DNA of 60,018 nt, counting the filler. It is 4 parts of 4 records of this genome, joined end to end, with 100 filler letters (N's around TTAATTAATTAA, not from the genome) between each part and the next. Parts side by side here need not be neighbours in the genome. Positions count along the whole stretch, not along the records: positions 38,495 to 44,737 come from SRR22947727_806; positions 44,838 to 60,018 come from SRR22947727_810; 2 more parts are not named here. One strand, given 5' to 3'. The translations under genes were made by a program, and so were the position numbers. Below, in pieces: positions 39,970-51,114 of the stretch. The notes beneath the pieces were generated by a model. It made no database searches. It was not told the DNA's origin and saw nothing but the letters and a program-made list of their open reading frames with translations. The number at the start of each line of letters is the position of its first letter. Positions within the stretch are counted from its first letter, which is position 1.

Positions 39970-39996
39970 ATAGAAAGAGGCTATGCCTCTTTCTAT
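39970..39996. terminator. Hairpin downstream of amtB (probable terminator)
   Basis: ATAGAAAGAGGC-TAT-GCCTCTTTCTAT, perfect 12-bp stem. Confidence 0.6.
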
Positions 39997-40011
39997 AAAC
40001 TGAGGAAAAAT

Positions 40012-40203
40012 ATGAAAACAACATTTATTATTGCAAAAAAAAATATTACTTTAAAATATGAAAGAAAAATGCCTGAAAAAGAAGTTTTAAAAATGAAATC
40101 TTTTGTAACAAGTAAAGGTGATAAATTAGTAAAGACAGAAAAATTTAAAATAAAGAAAATTATTGAAAAAGACAATGAAAGAGTCTTTGAAGTGATTTTA
40201 TAG
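40012..40203 (+). CDS. Small basic hypothetical protein (63 aa)
   Basis: GAGGA ribosome binding site upstream of the ATG; Lys-rich; fills the gap between amtB and yqgE. Confidence 0.75.
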   Translation: MKTTFIIAKKNITLKYERKMPEKEVLKMKSFVTSKGDKLVKTEKFKIKKIIEKDNERVFEVIL

Positions 40204-40755
40204 TTAAGCCCTTCCTGAATATTGAGAGAGTTTATTTGGATCCACACCCAGTAACTTATAAGCATTATTCCATTTATTTGTTACTTCTTCATCAAATAAG
40301 AAAGTTGAGTCTGTAGAAAGAGTCATCCAGCTGTTAGCTAAAATCTCTTTTTCAATTTGACCACCTCCCCACCCAGCATAACCTAAGGCAAGAATACTAT
40401 TTTTAGGACCTTTTCCATTAGATAAATCTTCAAAAAATTCAGAAGTGCTAGTTAGAGCTACACCTTTTTCAATAGATAAAGTTTCTTTTTGAATTACCTC
40501 ATCAGAATGCAAAACAAAACCTCTGCCACTTTCAACTGGCCCACCATAACGAATATATAATTTTTTACCTCCAAGTGGTTTATCAATCCCAAGTTGTTCT
40601 AATAAATCAGGATATAAATCATAATCAATTTTTTTATTAATAATGATCCCCATTGCACCTTCTTTTGAATGAGCGCACATATAAATTACAGTCTTATAAA
40701 ATCTTTCATCTTCAAGAGAAGGCATCGAAATTAATAGTTTTCCAGTTAAATTCAT
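40204..40755 (-). CDS. YqgE/AlgH family protein
   Basis: GAMGIIIN, GGPV..RGFVLHS and LGYAGWGGGQIE motifs. Confidence 0.93.
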   Translation of the reverse strand: MNLTGKLLISMPSLEDERFYKTVIYMCAHSKEGAMGIIINKKIDYDLYPDLLEQLGIDKPLGGKKLYIRYGGPVESGRGFVLHSDEVIQKETLSIEKGVALTSTSEFFEDLSNGKGPKNSILALGYAGWGGGQIEKEILANSWMTLSTDSTFLFDEEVTNKWNNAYKLLGVDPNKLSQYSGRA

Positions 40756-40824
40756 TATTATATATATTCGTATTATTTATAGTATTTCAATAGCGTATTA
40801 CTATATATTACAATAATAATTTTA

Positions 40825-42876
40825 ATGAACATTTTGACTAATTTTTATAAGCTTTTTGTTTACACTTTTATTTTAAGCATAGTTTCTTCATATAGTTTTG
40901 CTATAACAAGTGATTGGTCAGTAAGTGAGACGTCAAAATTAAGATTAATCTCACCTTATTCTCAAAATGATGCAAAAAATCTTTTAATTGGACTTGAATA
41001 TGAGATGGAACCAGGCTGGAAAACATATTGGAAGTCTCCAGGTGACGGAGGTTTCGCTCAATCAATCTCTTGGGAGAATTCAACCAATGTTCAAAATGTT
41101 AATATTCAATGGCCTACTCCTATTGAGTTTGAAATATTAGGATTAACTTCTCTTGGATATCAAAATGATGTTATTTTTCCTCTTGAGATAGAGTTGGAAG
41201 ATGAATTAAAAAATACTTTATTAAATTTACATGTGAATTTTTTAATTTGTAAAGAGGTATGTATCCCAGGTGATGCAACGCTTTTTTTAGAAATACCATC
41301 TGGAAAAAAAAAATTAACGGATAATTATTTTAAATTAGAAAAAGCTTTATCATTATTACCTGAAGAAGATTTTAATAGTTCTTATATAAAGGAGATAAGT
41401 CTTAAAACGTTTAGAGATAATCAAAACTCCATATTACAATTACAATTTAAGTCTGATAAAGTTTTTTATAATCCTAAAATATTTCTTCATTCCCCATTTG
41501 GCTTACCAGTTGTAAAAAATTCTATTAGTTATTCTAATGATAATAAAATGATAACGACAGGTTTTAATTTTGATAAAAATCTTATTTCAGAGCAAAAATT
41601 TCCTCTTGAAATTATTATAAAAGATAAAAATCATAATTTTAAACAAATACTAAATGTCCAAATGCAGGATCAATCTTTAACTTTAGATATAGATCGTACC
41701 TATTTTTATTATATATTAATATCATTGATAGCAGGTTTAATTTTAAATGTTATGCCTTGTGTATTTCCAGTGCTCTCAATAAAGTTAATGTCAGTTTTTT
41801 CATCTGAAAAACATAATACTAGTGTTAGTTTTATAACTACTGCTTTAGGAATTATAACTTCTTTTGTTCTTTTGGGATTAATATTTTTATTGTTACAATA
41901 TTTTAACATGTCGATTGCATGGGGTATGCAATTTCAAAATTCCTATTTTTTAATTTTTATTACCTTGGTAATGTTTTTATTTATGATGAATATGTTTGGT
42001 CAATTTGAAATTATTCTTCCATCTCAATTAAATAATTTAAGTATCTTAGATAATAGCAATAACAAATATCTAAAAGATTTCTTTAACGGCTTTTTTGCAA
42101 CACTTATGGCAACACCATGTTCCGCTCCTTTTGTAGGTACAGCTATTACAGCAGCATTTACTCAGTCTTATACAATAGGAATAAGTATTTTTTTATTTAT
42201 GGGTATTGGTATGAGCCTACCATATTTGCTCATTGCTTCTTTTCCAAAATTAATTAATTTTTTACCTAAACCCGGTAAATGGATGGTGTATATAAAATAT
42301 ATTTTAGGATTTTTATTATTAGCTACAGTTTTGTGGCTGTTAAATATTTTATCAAATTTTTTTAATACTTATTTTTTAATTTCATTAATTATATTTTTTT
42401 TAGTTCTATCTTACCGAAAAAAAATACCTTTTCAAAGAAATGTAGTTACTATTTTAGTTTTATTTTCTATTTTTTCTCTATCATCGTTTAAAGTTTTTCA
42501 GCAGAATATAATTATTGATAATGAAAAGGATTGGTTAAATTTTTTTGATGTAGAGATAGATCAACTTATTAATAATAAAGAGTTAGTTTTTTTAGATATT
42601 ACTGCAGATTGGTGCGCCACTTGTCAGTTTAATAAATTAAATATTCTTAATTCTGAAAAAGTTATTCAATTGTTTAAAGATAATAAAGTTACTCTAGTTA
42701 AGGCCGATTGGACAAGGCCTAATCCAAAAATAAATATTTTTTTAGAAAAGTATGATCGATTTGGGATTCCTTTTAATGCTTTCTTTTCTAATAATTTTCC
42801 TGAAGGACTTTTATTATCTGAGTTGCTTTCTGAAAAAGAAATAGTAAACGTAATAAATAAAATAAATAATGAATAA
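40825..42876 (+). CDS. DsbD/ScsB-like thiol:disulfide interchange protein
   Basis: GWKTYWKSPGDGG, CKEVC, LNVMPCVFP, ATPCSAP and ADWCATC motifs. Confidence 0.92.
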   Translation: MNILTNFYKLFVYTFILSIVSSYSFAITSDWSVSETSKLRLISPYSQNDAKNLLIGLEYEMEPGWKTYWKSPGDGGFAQSISWENSTNVQNVNIQWPTPIEFEILGLTSLGYQNDVIFPLEIELEDELKNTLLNLHVNFLICKEVCIPGDATLFLEIPSGKKKLTDNYFKLEKALSLLPEEDFNSSYIKEISLKTFRDNQNSILQLQFKSDKVFYNPKIFLHSPFGLPVVKNSISYSNDNKMITTGFNFDKNLISEQKFPLEIIIKDKNHNFKQILNVQMQDQSLTLDIDRTYFYYILISLIAGLILNVMPCVFPVLSIKLMSVFSSEKHNTSVSFITTALGIITSFVLLGLIFLLLQYFNMSIAWGMQFQNSYFLIFITLVMFLFMMNMFGQFEIILPSQLNNLSILDNSNNKYLKDFFNGFFATLMATPCSAPFVGTAITAAFTQSYTIGISIFLFMGIGMSLPYLLIASFPKLINFLPKPGKWMVYIKYILGFLLLATVLWLLNILSNFFNTYFLISLIIFFLVLSYRKKIPFQRNVVTILVLFSIFSLSSFKVFQQNIIIDNEKDWLNFFDVEIDQLINNKELVFLDITADWCATCQFNKLNILNSEKVIQLFKDNKVTLVKADWTRPNPKINIFLEKYDRFGIPFNAFFSNNFPEGLLLSELLSEKEIVNVINKINNE

Positions 42877-43339
42877 AATAATTCCTTCCATCAAAGTCCC
42901 AATAATACAAAAAGGCATTGTGTCAAAAGTAATACTTTCCGATGAATTACAAGGTAAAAAAATTATTATGTTTGGGGTGCCTGGAGCTTTCACACCAACA
43001 TGTTCTGAAAAACATATGCCAAGTTACATAAAATTACATAATGAGTTTATTGCTAAAGGTATAGATGATATTTATTGTTTATCTGTAAATGATGAATATG
43101 TGATGCAAGCATGGCTGTTAAGTTACACTGAAGGAGATAAGATCCTAGGTATTGCTGATGGGAATGGAGACGTTAGTACAAATCTTGATTTATTAGTTGA
43201 TAAGACAGCAAATTATATGGGTATGCGTTCTACAAGATTTGCAATGATTATAAGAGATAATAACATTCATGAGCTACTTATTGAAGAGCCTGGTGAATTT
43301 AAAAAAACTTCTGCAGAAAATTTATTAACAAAAATTTAA
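42869..43339 (+). CDS. Peroxiredoxin (Prx5 type)
   Basis: PGAFTPTCS, SVND and RSTRFAM motifs. Confidence 0.93.
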   Translation: MNKIIPSIKVPIIQKGIVSKVILSDELQGKKIIMFGVPGAFTPTCSEKHMPSYIKLHNEFIAKGIDDIYCLSVNDEYVMQAWLLSYTEGDKILGIADGNGDVSTNLDLLVDKTANYMGMRSTRFAMIIRDNNIHELLIEEPGEFKKTSAENLLTKI

Positions 43340-43347
43340 AAAAACAA

Positions 43348-44325
43348 TTATGTTTTTTTACGTTGAATAATTGCATAAATCGTAACAGCTGAAGTTATCA
43401 TTATGCCGTTAATAAACTGAACATAGAATCCTGACAGCCCTAAGGCAACAATACCGGATTCAAGAGATCCTATTATTAGTACCCCAATGAAAGTCCCAAA
43501 TATTGTTCCTTTACCTCCAAACACTGATGTTCCACCAACAAATACAGCTGCAAGAGTTGTGAGCATTAATCCTGAACCTTGAGTAGGCCAGAAGTATAAC
43601 ATTTCATACATTGTAAATATTCCTGCCAGAGAGGAAAAGAAGCCAAGTTGAACAAAAGCAATAATTTTTATATTATCAACATTTATACCCATCATTTGAG
43701 AACTGTCTTTATTATCACCCACGAAGTGAATATGGTTTCCAAATTTATGATAACGATAAATCCACTGCATTAAAGCAGTTAAAGCTATAAACCAAATAAA
43801 CTGTGCTGGAATTAATCCAAAAAGTTTTTCAACAAATAAAGTATGATGCCATGTACCGTCAGCAACATCCACTATAGCAACACCACTACCTTGAGAAACA
43901 ACATTTACTAAACCTCTCCAAAAATAAAGCGTTCCAATAGTGGCAACAATAGAAGGTATGCCAATCTTAGTTACGAGAAGGCCGTTAATAAGTCCAGCAA
44001 ACATGCCGAGTGCTGAAGCCAATGCAAAAGCAATAAAAAAATTACCATCAGTTGCTGTTAGTACTAAACCAAAAGTAAGTGATGTTATTCCTACAATAGA
44101 TGGAAAAGATAAATCAATTTCTCCGAGAGTAACTACGAATGTTGCTGATATAGCAATGATACCAAAAAAAGGCATAGATTGCATAAAAGCTCTGTAAATA
44201 GGAAATCTAGTAAATACGTGAGGCGCCCCTAAGAAATAAATTAAAAAAAGAACAATAGCTATAATTGTTATACTTATTTCCAATCTATGTGTTTTTACAA
44301 AATAACTATTTAATAGGGTGTTCAT
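43348..44325 (-). CDS. Monosaccharide ABC transporter permease (RbsC family)
   Basis: GEIDLSF, IPSIVATIG and AVFVGGTSVFGGKG motifs. Confidence 0.92.
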   Translation of the reverse strand: MNTLLNSYFVKTHRLEISITIIAIVLFLIYFLGAPHVFTRFPIYRAFMQSMPFFGIIAISATFVVTLGEIDLSFPSIVGITSLTFGLVLTATDGNFFIAFALASALGMFAGLINGLLVTKIGIPSIVATIGTLYFWRGLVNVVSQGSGVAIVDVADGTWHHTLFVEKLFGLIPAQFIWFIALTALMQWIYRYHKFGNHIHFVGDNKDSSQMMGINVDNIKIIAFVQLGFFSSLAGIFTMYEMLYFWPTQGSGLMLTTLAAVFVGGTSVFGGKGTIFGTFIGVLIIGSLESGIVALGLSGFYVQFINGIMITSAVTIYAIIQRKKT

Positions 44326-44737
44326 TTAAGCCTCTACTTTTATCTTTCCAGATTCATGTAATTGAATCATTTTTTGAACAAGTTCTTCTCTTGATATTTC
44401 ATCTTTATTAAATTCTCCAACAACTTCACCTCTATCTAAAATAATAAATCGATCCGCAGCTCCATAAACATGAATTATATTATGATCTATAAAGATTGCA
44501 GATTTATTTTCTTTTTTTAAACCTTTAACAAAATTTAATACTTTTTCAGTTTCTTGAATTGAAAGACCCATTGTAGGTTCATCAAGAACAATTAAATCTG
44601 AATCGAAGTATAATGACCTTCCAAAAGCTACTCCTTGTTTCTCACCGCCTGACAGTCCCATTATAGTTGAGTCTACGGTAATAGCCTTGGAAGTAAATCC
44701 AATATAGTCTCTTAAAATTTTCTCAGCTTCTTTTCTT
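44326..44737 (-). CDS. Sugar ABC transporter ATP-binding protein (5'-truncated)
   Basis: LSGGEKQ signature, LDEPT Walker B, and H-switch. Confidence 0.9.
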
Positions 44738-44837
44738 NNNNNNNNNNNNNNNNNNNNNNNNNNNNNNNNNNNNNNNNNNNNTTAATTAATTAANNNNNNN
44801 NNNNNNNNNNNNNNNNNNNNNNNNNNNNNNNNNNNNN
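44738..44837. other. Artificial contig linker
   Basis: 44 N + TTAATTAATTAA + 44 N. Confidence 0.99.
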
Positions 44838-45317
44838 AACTGTTTTACCAACACCAGCTCCACCGAATAATCCAATTTTACCACCTCGGGCATATGGCGC
44901 TAATAAATCAACAACCTTAATTCCTGTTACTAGAACTTCTGTTTCTGTAGACTGTTCAACGAACTCAGGGGCAGGTCGGTGAATAGGATAAGTTTTTGTA
45001 GTTCCAATGTCGCCTCTTTCATCAACTGGCTCTCCAATAACGTTCATAATTCGGCCAAGTGTTTCAGGACCTACTGGCATAGAAATGGGGGCGCCTGTAT
45101 CTGTCACTGTTTGACCTCTTACTAATCCGTCTGTTGTATCCATTGCAATTGTTCTAACGGCATTTTGACCTAAATGCTGAGCAACCTCGAGCAAAAGCCT
45201 TGTTCCATCATTATCTAGCTCTAAAGCATTCATGATTGCAGGAAGTTCACCATCGAACTCTACATCCACAACAGCTCCGAGAACTTGTGATATTTTTCCA
45301 GTTAAATTATTAGCCAT
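44838..45317 (-). CDS. atpD: F1F0 ATP synthase beta subunit (3'-truncated)
   Basis: GAVVDVEF and GGAGVGKT motifs. Confidence 0.97.
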
Positions 45318-45328
45318 ATATCCCCCTT

Positions 45329-46222
45329 TTAAATTGATTCAGCTCCAGAAATAATTTCAATTAATTCTTTAGTTATAAACGCTTGTCGCGTTCTGTTATA
45401 TTTTAGTGTCAATCCATCAATCATTTCACCAGCATTACGTGTGGCATTATCCATTGCTGCCATTCTTGCTCCATGCTCACCAGCATCACTTTCTAGTAAT
45501 ACTTTGAATATCTGAATAGAAACATTTTTTGGAAGTAAATCTTTTAAAATAGTTTCTTCATCAGGTTCATAATCATAAATTGCTTTTGCGTCATTGTTAT
45601 CTTCTTTCACTTCTTTTGAAGACTCCGATACATCTAATGGAATGAGTTGTTGCTGTGTTACGTCTTGCGAAATTGCTGAGACAAATTTATTGAAAACCAA
45701 AATACATTTATCAAATTTTCCATTAAAATATAAATCCTGCAGTTTATTTGATACTTGAAGTGCTGAATCATATCCAGAATTTGAAACATTAAGATCTATA
45801 AAACTTTCAGCAATTTTATCTTTCATCACACGGTTGAAAAAATCTCTGCTCTTTTTTCCAACAGGCATAAGTTGAACATTTTTTCCATCCTTCTCCAAAG
45901 ATTTTACTAATTTAAATGTTTCCCTATTAATGCTGCTATTAAAACCACCACAAAGCCCTCTATCGGCACTAACGGGAACAATCATATAGTTTTGATCATT
46001 TCCAGTACCAGTTAAAAGTTTAATGATACCCTCACCAGATGCTGCAGATGAAGCGAGTGAAGATAACATTTCCTCCAAACGTGAAGAATATGGTCTTGCT
46101 GCTACTGCCTTCTCCTGCGATCTACGTAATTTACTTGCCGCAACCATTTTCATGGCTGTAGTGATTTTCTTTGTAGAGACTACAGAGTTAATCTGAGTTT
46201 TGATATCCTTTAAACTTGGCAT
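45329..46222 (-). CDS. atpG: ATP synthase gamma subunit
   Basis: [22 protein letters not shown] and [16 protein letters not shown] motifs. Confidence 0.97.
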   Translation of the reverse strand: MPSLKDIKTQINSVVSTKKITTAMKMVAASKLRRSQEKAVAARPYSSRLEEMLSSLASSAASGEGIIKLLTGTGNDQNYMIVPVSADRGLCGGFNSSINRETFKLVKSLEKDGKNVQLMPVGKKSRDFFNRVMKDKIAESFIDLNVSNSGYDSALQVSNKLQDLYFNGKFDKCILVFNKFVSAISQDVTQQQLIPLDVSESSKEVKEDNNDAKAIYDYEPDEETILKDLLPKNVSIQIFKVLLESDAGEHGARMAAMDNATRNAGEMIDGLTLKYNRTRQAFITKELIEIISGAESI

Positions 46223-46224
46223 TA

Positions 46225-47760
46225 TTAGTTACTCGTAAATTTTTCAACGATGTTATCTAAAATTGATTTTAATTTATCATCATTTTCTTTTGATAACTCT
46301 TTTTCATTTGCGATAGCTTCTAATAAATCAGCATGGCTAGATCTCATTTCATTTAAAACTTCTGTTTCAAATCGAACAACATCATTCACTGCGACTTTAT
46401 CTAAGTAACCACGAACACCTGCATAAATCGATACAACTTGTTCAGATACTGTCAGTGGTGAATATTGCCCTTGTTTCAAAATCTCAACCAATCTGGCTCC
46501 ACGGTCTAATAATTGCTTTGTTGAAGCATCTAAATCAGATGCAAACTGAGCAAATGCTGCCATTTCACGATATTGAGCTAATTCTAGTTTAACTGGACCA
46601 GCAATTTTTTTCATTGCTTTTGTTTGCGCAGCAGAACCAACACGACTAACAGATAATCCAACGTTAATTGCGGGACGAATACCAGCAAAGAATAAATTGG
46701 TCTCTAAGAAAATTTGCCCATCCGTGATTGAAATAACGTTTGTTGGAATATAGGCAGATAAATCTCCAGCTTGTGTTTCAATAATAGGTAAAGCTGTTAA
46801 GCTTCCACCACCGTGTTCATCACTCATTTTAGCTGCTCTCTCAAGCAAACGACTATGGATATAAAAAACGTCTCCTGGATATGCTTCACGTCCTGGAGGT
46901 CTTCTTAATAATAAAGACATTTGTCTATACGCAACTGCTTGCTTGGATAAATCATCATAAACAATAAGAGCATGCATACCGTTATCTCTAAAAAATTCAC
47001 CCATCGTACAGCCTGTATAAGCCGATAAAAATTGAAGCGGAGCTGGCTCTGATGCAGTGGCAGATACAACAATAGTATATTCCATTGCACCGTTGTCCTC
47101 TAAAGTTTTAACAATTTGAGCAACAGTTGATCTTTTTTGACCAATCGCAACATAGATACAATATAATTTTTCTTTTTCGTTATCCGATTGGTTAACAGAT
47201 TTCTGGTTTAATATAGTATCAATTGCAACTGCTGTTTTACCAGTCTGTCTGTCACCAATAATAAGCTCACGTTGACCTCTTCCAACAGGAACGAGCGCAT
47301 CGAGCGCTTTGATCCCAGTCTGCATTGGTTCTGATACACTTTGACGAGGAATAATTCCTGGAGCCTTTAATTCAATTCTTCTTTTTTCAGATGATTGAAT
47401 AGGACCTTTACCATCAATAGGGTTCCCTAATCCATCAACAACACGACCTAATAATTCTTTTCCCACAGGAACATCAACAATTTCTCCTGTACGTTTAACC
47501 GTGTCACCTTCTTTAATTCCTGTATCATCGCCAAAGATTGAAACACCGACGTTATCCATTTCAAGGTTGAGGGCCATACCTTTAATGCCGCCTGGAAATT
47601 CTACCATCTCACCAGCTTGTACTTGATCGAGACCGTATACACGTGCGATACCATCTCCAACACTTAAGACTGTTCCAACCTCAGCTACATCTGCTTTAGT
47701 TTCAAAATTGGCAATCTGATCTTTTATTACTGATGAAATTTCAGCTGCTTTTATTTCCAT
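46225..47760 (-). CDS. atpA: ATP synthase alpha subunit
   Basis: GDRQTGKT and [14 protein letters not shown] motifs. Confidence 0.98.
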   Translation of the reverse strand: MEIKAAEISSVIKDQIANFETKADVAEVGTVLSVGDGIARVYGLDQVQAGEMVEFPGGIKGMALNLEMDNVGVSIFGDDTGIKEGDTVKRTGEIVDVPVGKELLGRVVDGLGNPIDGKGPIQSSEKRRIELKAPGIIPRQSVSEPMQTGIKALDALVPVGRGQRELIIGDRQTGKTAVAIDTILNQKSVNQSDNEKEKLYCIYVAIGQKRSTVAQIVKTLEDNGAMEYTIVVSATASEPAPLQFLSAYTGCTMGEFFRDNGMHALIVYDDLSKQAVAYRQMSLLLRRPPGREAYPGDVFYIHSRLLERAAKMSDEHGGGSLTALPIIETQAGDLSAYIPTNVISITDGQIFLETNLFFAGIRPAINVGLSVSRVGSAAQTKAMKKIAGPVKLELAQYREMAAFAQFASDLDASTKQLLDRGARLVEILKQGQYSPLTVSEQVVSIYAGVRGYLDKVAVNDVVRFETEVLNEMRSSHADLLEAIANEKELSKENDDKLKSILDNIVEKFTSN

Positions 47761-48317
47761 TACGCCCCCTTCATTGCGATTTTAAGTTTATTTATTTTAT
47801 TAGCCAGTGAAGTATCAATCATTTTTGATCCCACTTTTACAATTAATCCACCCATAATATTTTTATCAACATCAAATGATAAAGATAACTTGTCACCTAA
47901 AATACTTTTTAGCTGGTTGGTAATATTATTTTTTTGATCATCATTTAATTCATCGGCTGACGTTATATCAGCAAGAACATCGCCTCTTTTTTGTGAATTG
48001 ATATTCATGAATTGTGTAATGATTGATGCAAGGTTAGAAAATCTTTTATTTTTTTCAATTACTTTTAAAAATGTACTTGTAAGTTCATTAGCATTTATTT
48101 TTTTTAACAAACTTTCAAAAATATTAAGTTTATCAATAGATGTTATTAAAGGACTTTTAACTACCAAACTTAACTCTTTATTATCTTTTAAAATATTTTT
48201 AAGATTGGACAAATCTTCTACAACGGGATCAACGAGTTTTTTTTCTGCAGCCAAATCATATAATGCGGATGCATATCTATCCGATACTAGGTCTCCAGAT
48301 GCAAGTTGTGATGCCAT
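47760..48317 (-). CDS. atpH: ATP synthase delta subunit (likely start ATG 48317)
   Basis: RYASAL and [15 protein letters not shown] motifs; GGAGA RBS just upstream on the minus strand. Confidence 0.93.
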   Translation of the reverse strand: MASQLASGDLVSDRYASALYDLAAEKKLVDPVVEDLSNLKNILKDNKELSLVVKSPLITSIDKLNIFESLLKKINANELTSTFLKVIEKNKRFSNLASIITQFMNINSQKRGDVLADITSADELNDDQKNNITNQLKSILGDKLSLSFDVDKNIMGGLIVKVGSKMIDTSLANKINKLKIAMKGA

Positions 48318-48437
48318 TAAAATATTCTCCGTAAGGAATTTGTGTGAGGCTATTAACACATAGAAAAATGTAGGTAAACTCCCAGTTTATGCGTCAAATA
48401 TGTAATTTTGGATATTTAGTCTCTAATTGTGCATAAA

Positions 48438-50396
48438 TCACATAAAAGTATAGGGATCCACATCAATAACAACCCTTACAGCAGAGGGTATTTTAACAGA
48501 ACTAACCATTTTTTTAGTAAAAATATTCAGGTTTTTCCTGCTTTTTCCTTTTAAAAGAATTCTATATCGAAACTGGCCTTTCAATAAATTAATAGGGGCC
48601 TCTACTGGACCCAGAACACTAAATTCTTCTGAATATTTTCTAAAATAAACTAATTTTTGAGAAATTTTTTCAACATTTCCTTTTGATGGACCAGATATGA
48701 TGATGGATGTCATGAAACCAAATGGAGGAATATTAAATTGTTCCCTTTCTAAAAGAGCTTGTTGAACAAAAGATGCGCGGTCTCTTTGCTGCAATGATTG
48801 AATAATGGGCTGCTCGGGATAATAAGTTTGAATAATTACGTTTCCAGTTTGTTGTGATCTCCCTGCTCTTCCACTAACTTGTTGCAACATATTATATGTC
48901 TTTTCAATAGCGCGCATATCACCACCGAATAATCCTGCGTCAGCATCAATCACGCCTACTAATGATAAATTAGGAAAGTCATAACCCTTTGCCATAATTT
49001 GCGTAGCCACAATAATATCAATTTCTTTATTTGAAAATTTATCAATTAATTCTTTTATTTTTTTTGGTGAATTAATAAGATCACTGGACATCACGCTTAT
49101 AACTTTATCTGGAAAAGATTGGTTAAGTTCTTCTGCAATTCTCTCTACTCCAGGTCCAATAAATTTAATGGAGTCTTTGGCAAGACATTTAGGGCAATTA
49201 AATGACATCTCCTCGATACTGCCACACTGATGACAGAGTAAACGTTTTTTCTGTTGATGCATCACCAGCCAGGACGAGCACTGTGCACATTGATGTCTGT
49301 ATCCACACTCAACACATAAACTCAAAGGGGAGTACCCTCTTCTGTTTAAAAAAATTAAGGCCTGTTCCTTATTCGATAAACATTTCTCAATCTCTTTTTT
49401 AAGGAGGGCAGAAATCCATTGATTTTTTTCTAACTTATTTTTTGATAAATCAACTAAATTGATCTGAGGAAGGGGTAAACCTGAATATTGTTTAGATAAA
49501 AAGACATGATGATATTTTTTATGATTAATATTATTGATGGTCTCTAGCGAAGGAGTAGCGGAAGCAAGGATCAATTTATTTTTTTCAAAATTTGCTTTTA
49601 CTACCGCAAGATCTCTTGCCTGATAACGTATGTTGTCCTCTTGTTTATACGATGAGTCATGCTCTTCATCAATCACGGTTAGTCCTAAATTTGCAAATGG
49701 TAAAAAGAGACTTGATCGCGCTCCTATCACGACTATCGGTTCTCCAGCATAACATTGGTGCCAAATTTCTTTACGTCTTTTAGGTGTAATTTTAGAGTGC
49801 CATATGTTTACATCCATTCCAAACCTCTCCTTAAATCTATTTTCAAATTGAGGTGTTAAACTTATCTCCGGCACCATAATGAGTATTTGTTTTGATTGAT
49901 TAATCTCTTGCTCAATTAGATCAAAATATACTTCTGTCTTTCCGGAACCTGTGACACCCTCCAATACAATAGGCTTATTGGAGCTCTTTTGAGTTTTAAT
50001 AATATCTTGTTTCGCTTTATCCTGCTCATCATTTAATATGGTTGGTTTAAAAGTTGGTTCACTTAGAATTTTATCATCTCGTTCGTAACTAATGATATCT
50101 TTATTAATCGTAAATAATTTTAAGACCGATCCTATCGGAGCTAAGGTGTAATCACTTACCCATTTTAAAAACTTTATATTTATCTCATTAAGTTGAATAC
50201 CTTTTGTAACTGTCTCTATTTTTTTAATAGTATAGTTTGGTTTACTGACATCAGCCTGCATGATCATCCCTACTTCCATCGCTTTTCCAAAAGGTACGAT
50301 CACTATTTGACCTACTTCTAAAGTCTGATCATCTGACTCATAGGTAAAAACTTGATCAAAGGGTCTAGCAACGAGGATGTTATAGTACATATTCAA
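48438..50396 (-). CDS. priA: Primosomal protein N' helicase
   Basis: GVTGSGKT, DEEHD, four CxxC pairs, QVSGRAGR and DVDP motifs. Confidence 0.96.
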   Translation of the reverse strand: MNMYYNILVARPFDQVFTYESDDQTLEVGQIVIVPFGKAMEVGMIMQADVSKPNYTIKKIETVTKGIQLNEINIKFLKWVSDYTLAPIGSVLKLFTINKDIISYERDDKILSEPTFKPTILNDEQDKAKQDIIKTQKSSNKPIVLEGVTGSGKTEVYFDLIEQEINQSKQILIMVPEISLTPQFENRFKERFGMDVNIWHSKITPKRRKEIWHQCYAGEPIVVIGARSSLFLPFANLGLTVIDEEHDSSYKQEDNIRYQARDLAVVKANFEKNKLILASATPSLETINNINHKKYHHVFLSKQYSGLPLPQINLVDLSKNKLEKNQWISALLKKEIEKCLSNKEQALIFLNRRGYSPLSLCVECGYRHQCAQCSSWLVMHQQKKRLLCHQCGSIEEMSFNCPKCLAKDSIKFIGPGVERIAEELNQSFPDKVISVMSSDLINSPKKIKELIDKFSNKEIDIIVATQIMAKGYDFPNLSLVGVIDADAGLFGGDMRAIEKTYNMLQQVSGRAGRSQQTGNVIIQTYYPEQPIIQSLQQRDRASFVQQALLEREQFNIPPFGFMTSIIISGPSKGNVEKISQKLVYFRKYSEEFSVLGPVEAPINLLKGQFRYRILLKGKSRKNLNIFTKKMVSSVKIPSAVRVVIDVDPYTFM

Positions 50397-50454
50397 TAAT
50401 AAATTTTTATAATCTTAACTTTTTAAATATCACGTATATGATATACAGCAATCA

Positions 50455-51114
50455 ATGAAATTTTTTGTCGATACAGCAGATATTAAAGAAATAGAAGAAC
50501 TGATTCCAACAGGTTTTGTTGATGGTGTAACGACAAACCCATCTCTTATTGCTAAAAATGGAGATGATATGGCCAAAACAATAAAAGCAATATGTGCTAT
50601 TGTACCAGGACCCGTAAGTGCAGAAGTCACGGCAACTGATTTTGATACCATGTTGCAAGAAGGTGAGTATTTAGCTTCTCTTGCCAAAAACGTAGCCGTC
50701 AAAGTACCTCTCACACCGAACGGATTGAAAACGTGTAAGACACTTCGAGAGAAAAACATCATGGTTAATGTCACTCTATGTTTTACAGCTGCGCAGGCAT
50801 TGTTGGCAGCAAAAGCAGGAGCTAGTTTCATTTCTCCTTTTGTTGGCAGACTTGATGATTTGGGTGAGAATGGTATGGATCTCATCGAGGATATTGTTGA
50901 TATCTATGACAATTATGATTTTGACACAGAAGTACTTGTTGCTTCTATAAGATCTACACAGCATGTTATTGATGCTGCCGTTATTGGTGCCCATGTATCA
51001 ACATTGCCACCAAAAGTAATTCACGAATTATATAATCACCCCTTAACAGAAAAGGGATTAAATGCCTTTTTGGAAGATTGGAAGAAAACAGGACAATCCA
51101 TCCTTCCTAAATAA
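50455..51114 (+). CDS. Transaldolase / fructose-6-phosphate aldolase family
   Basis: FFVDTA, GVTTNPS, VKVP, SPFVGR and ASIR motifs. Confidence 0.93.
   Translation: MKFFVDTADIKEIEELIPTGFVDGVTTNPSLIAKNGDDMAKTIKAICAIVPGPVSAEVTATDFDTMLQEGEYLASLAKNVAVKVPLTPNGLKTCKTLREKNIMVNVTLCFTAAQALLAAKAGASFISPFVGRLDDLGENGMDLIEDIVDIYDNYDFDTEVLVASIRSTQHVIDAAVIGAHVSTLPPKVIHELYNHPLTEKGLNAFLEDWKKTGQSILPK

Noticed and set aside
39993-40265. 90-aa minus-strand ORF
   Set aside because: Antisense to the 63-aa gene that has the RBS, and overlaps the end of yqgE
50430-50885. 151-aa minus-strand ORF and similar nested ORFs inside sucB, glpD, lpdA and atpH
   Set aside because: Antisense or alternate-frame shadows of well-supported genes, with no motifs of their own
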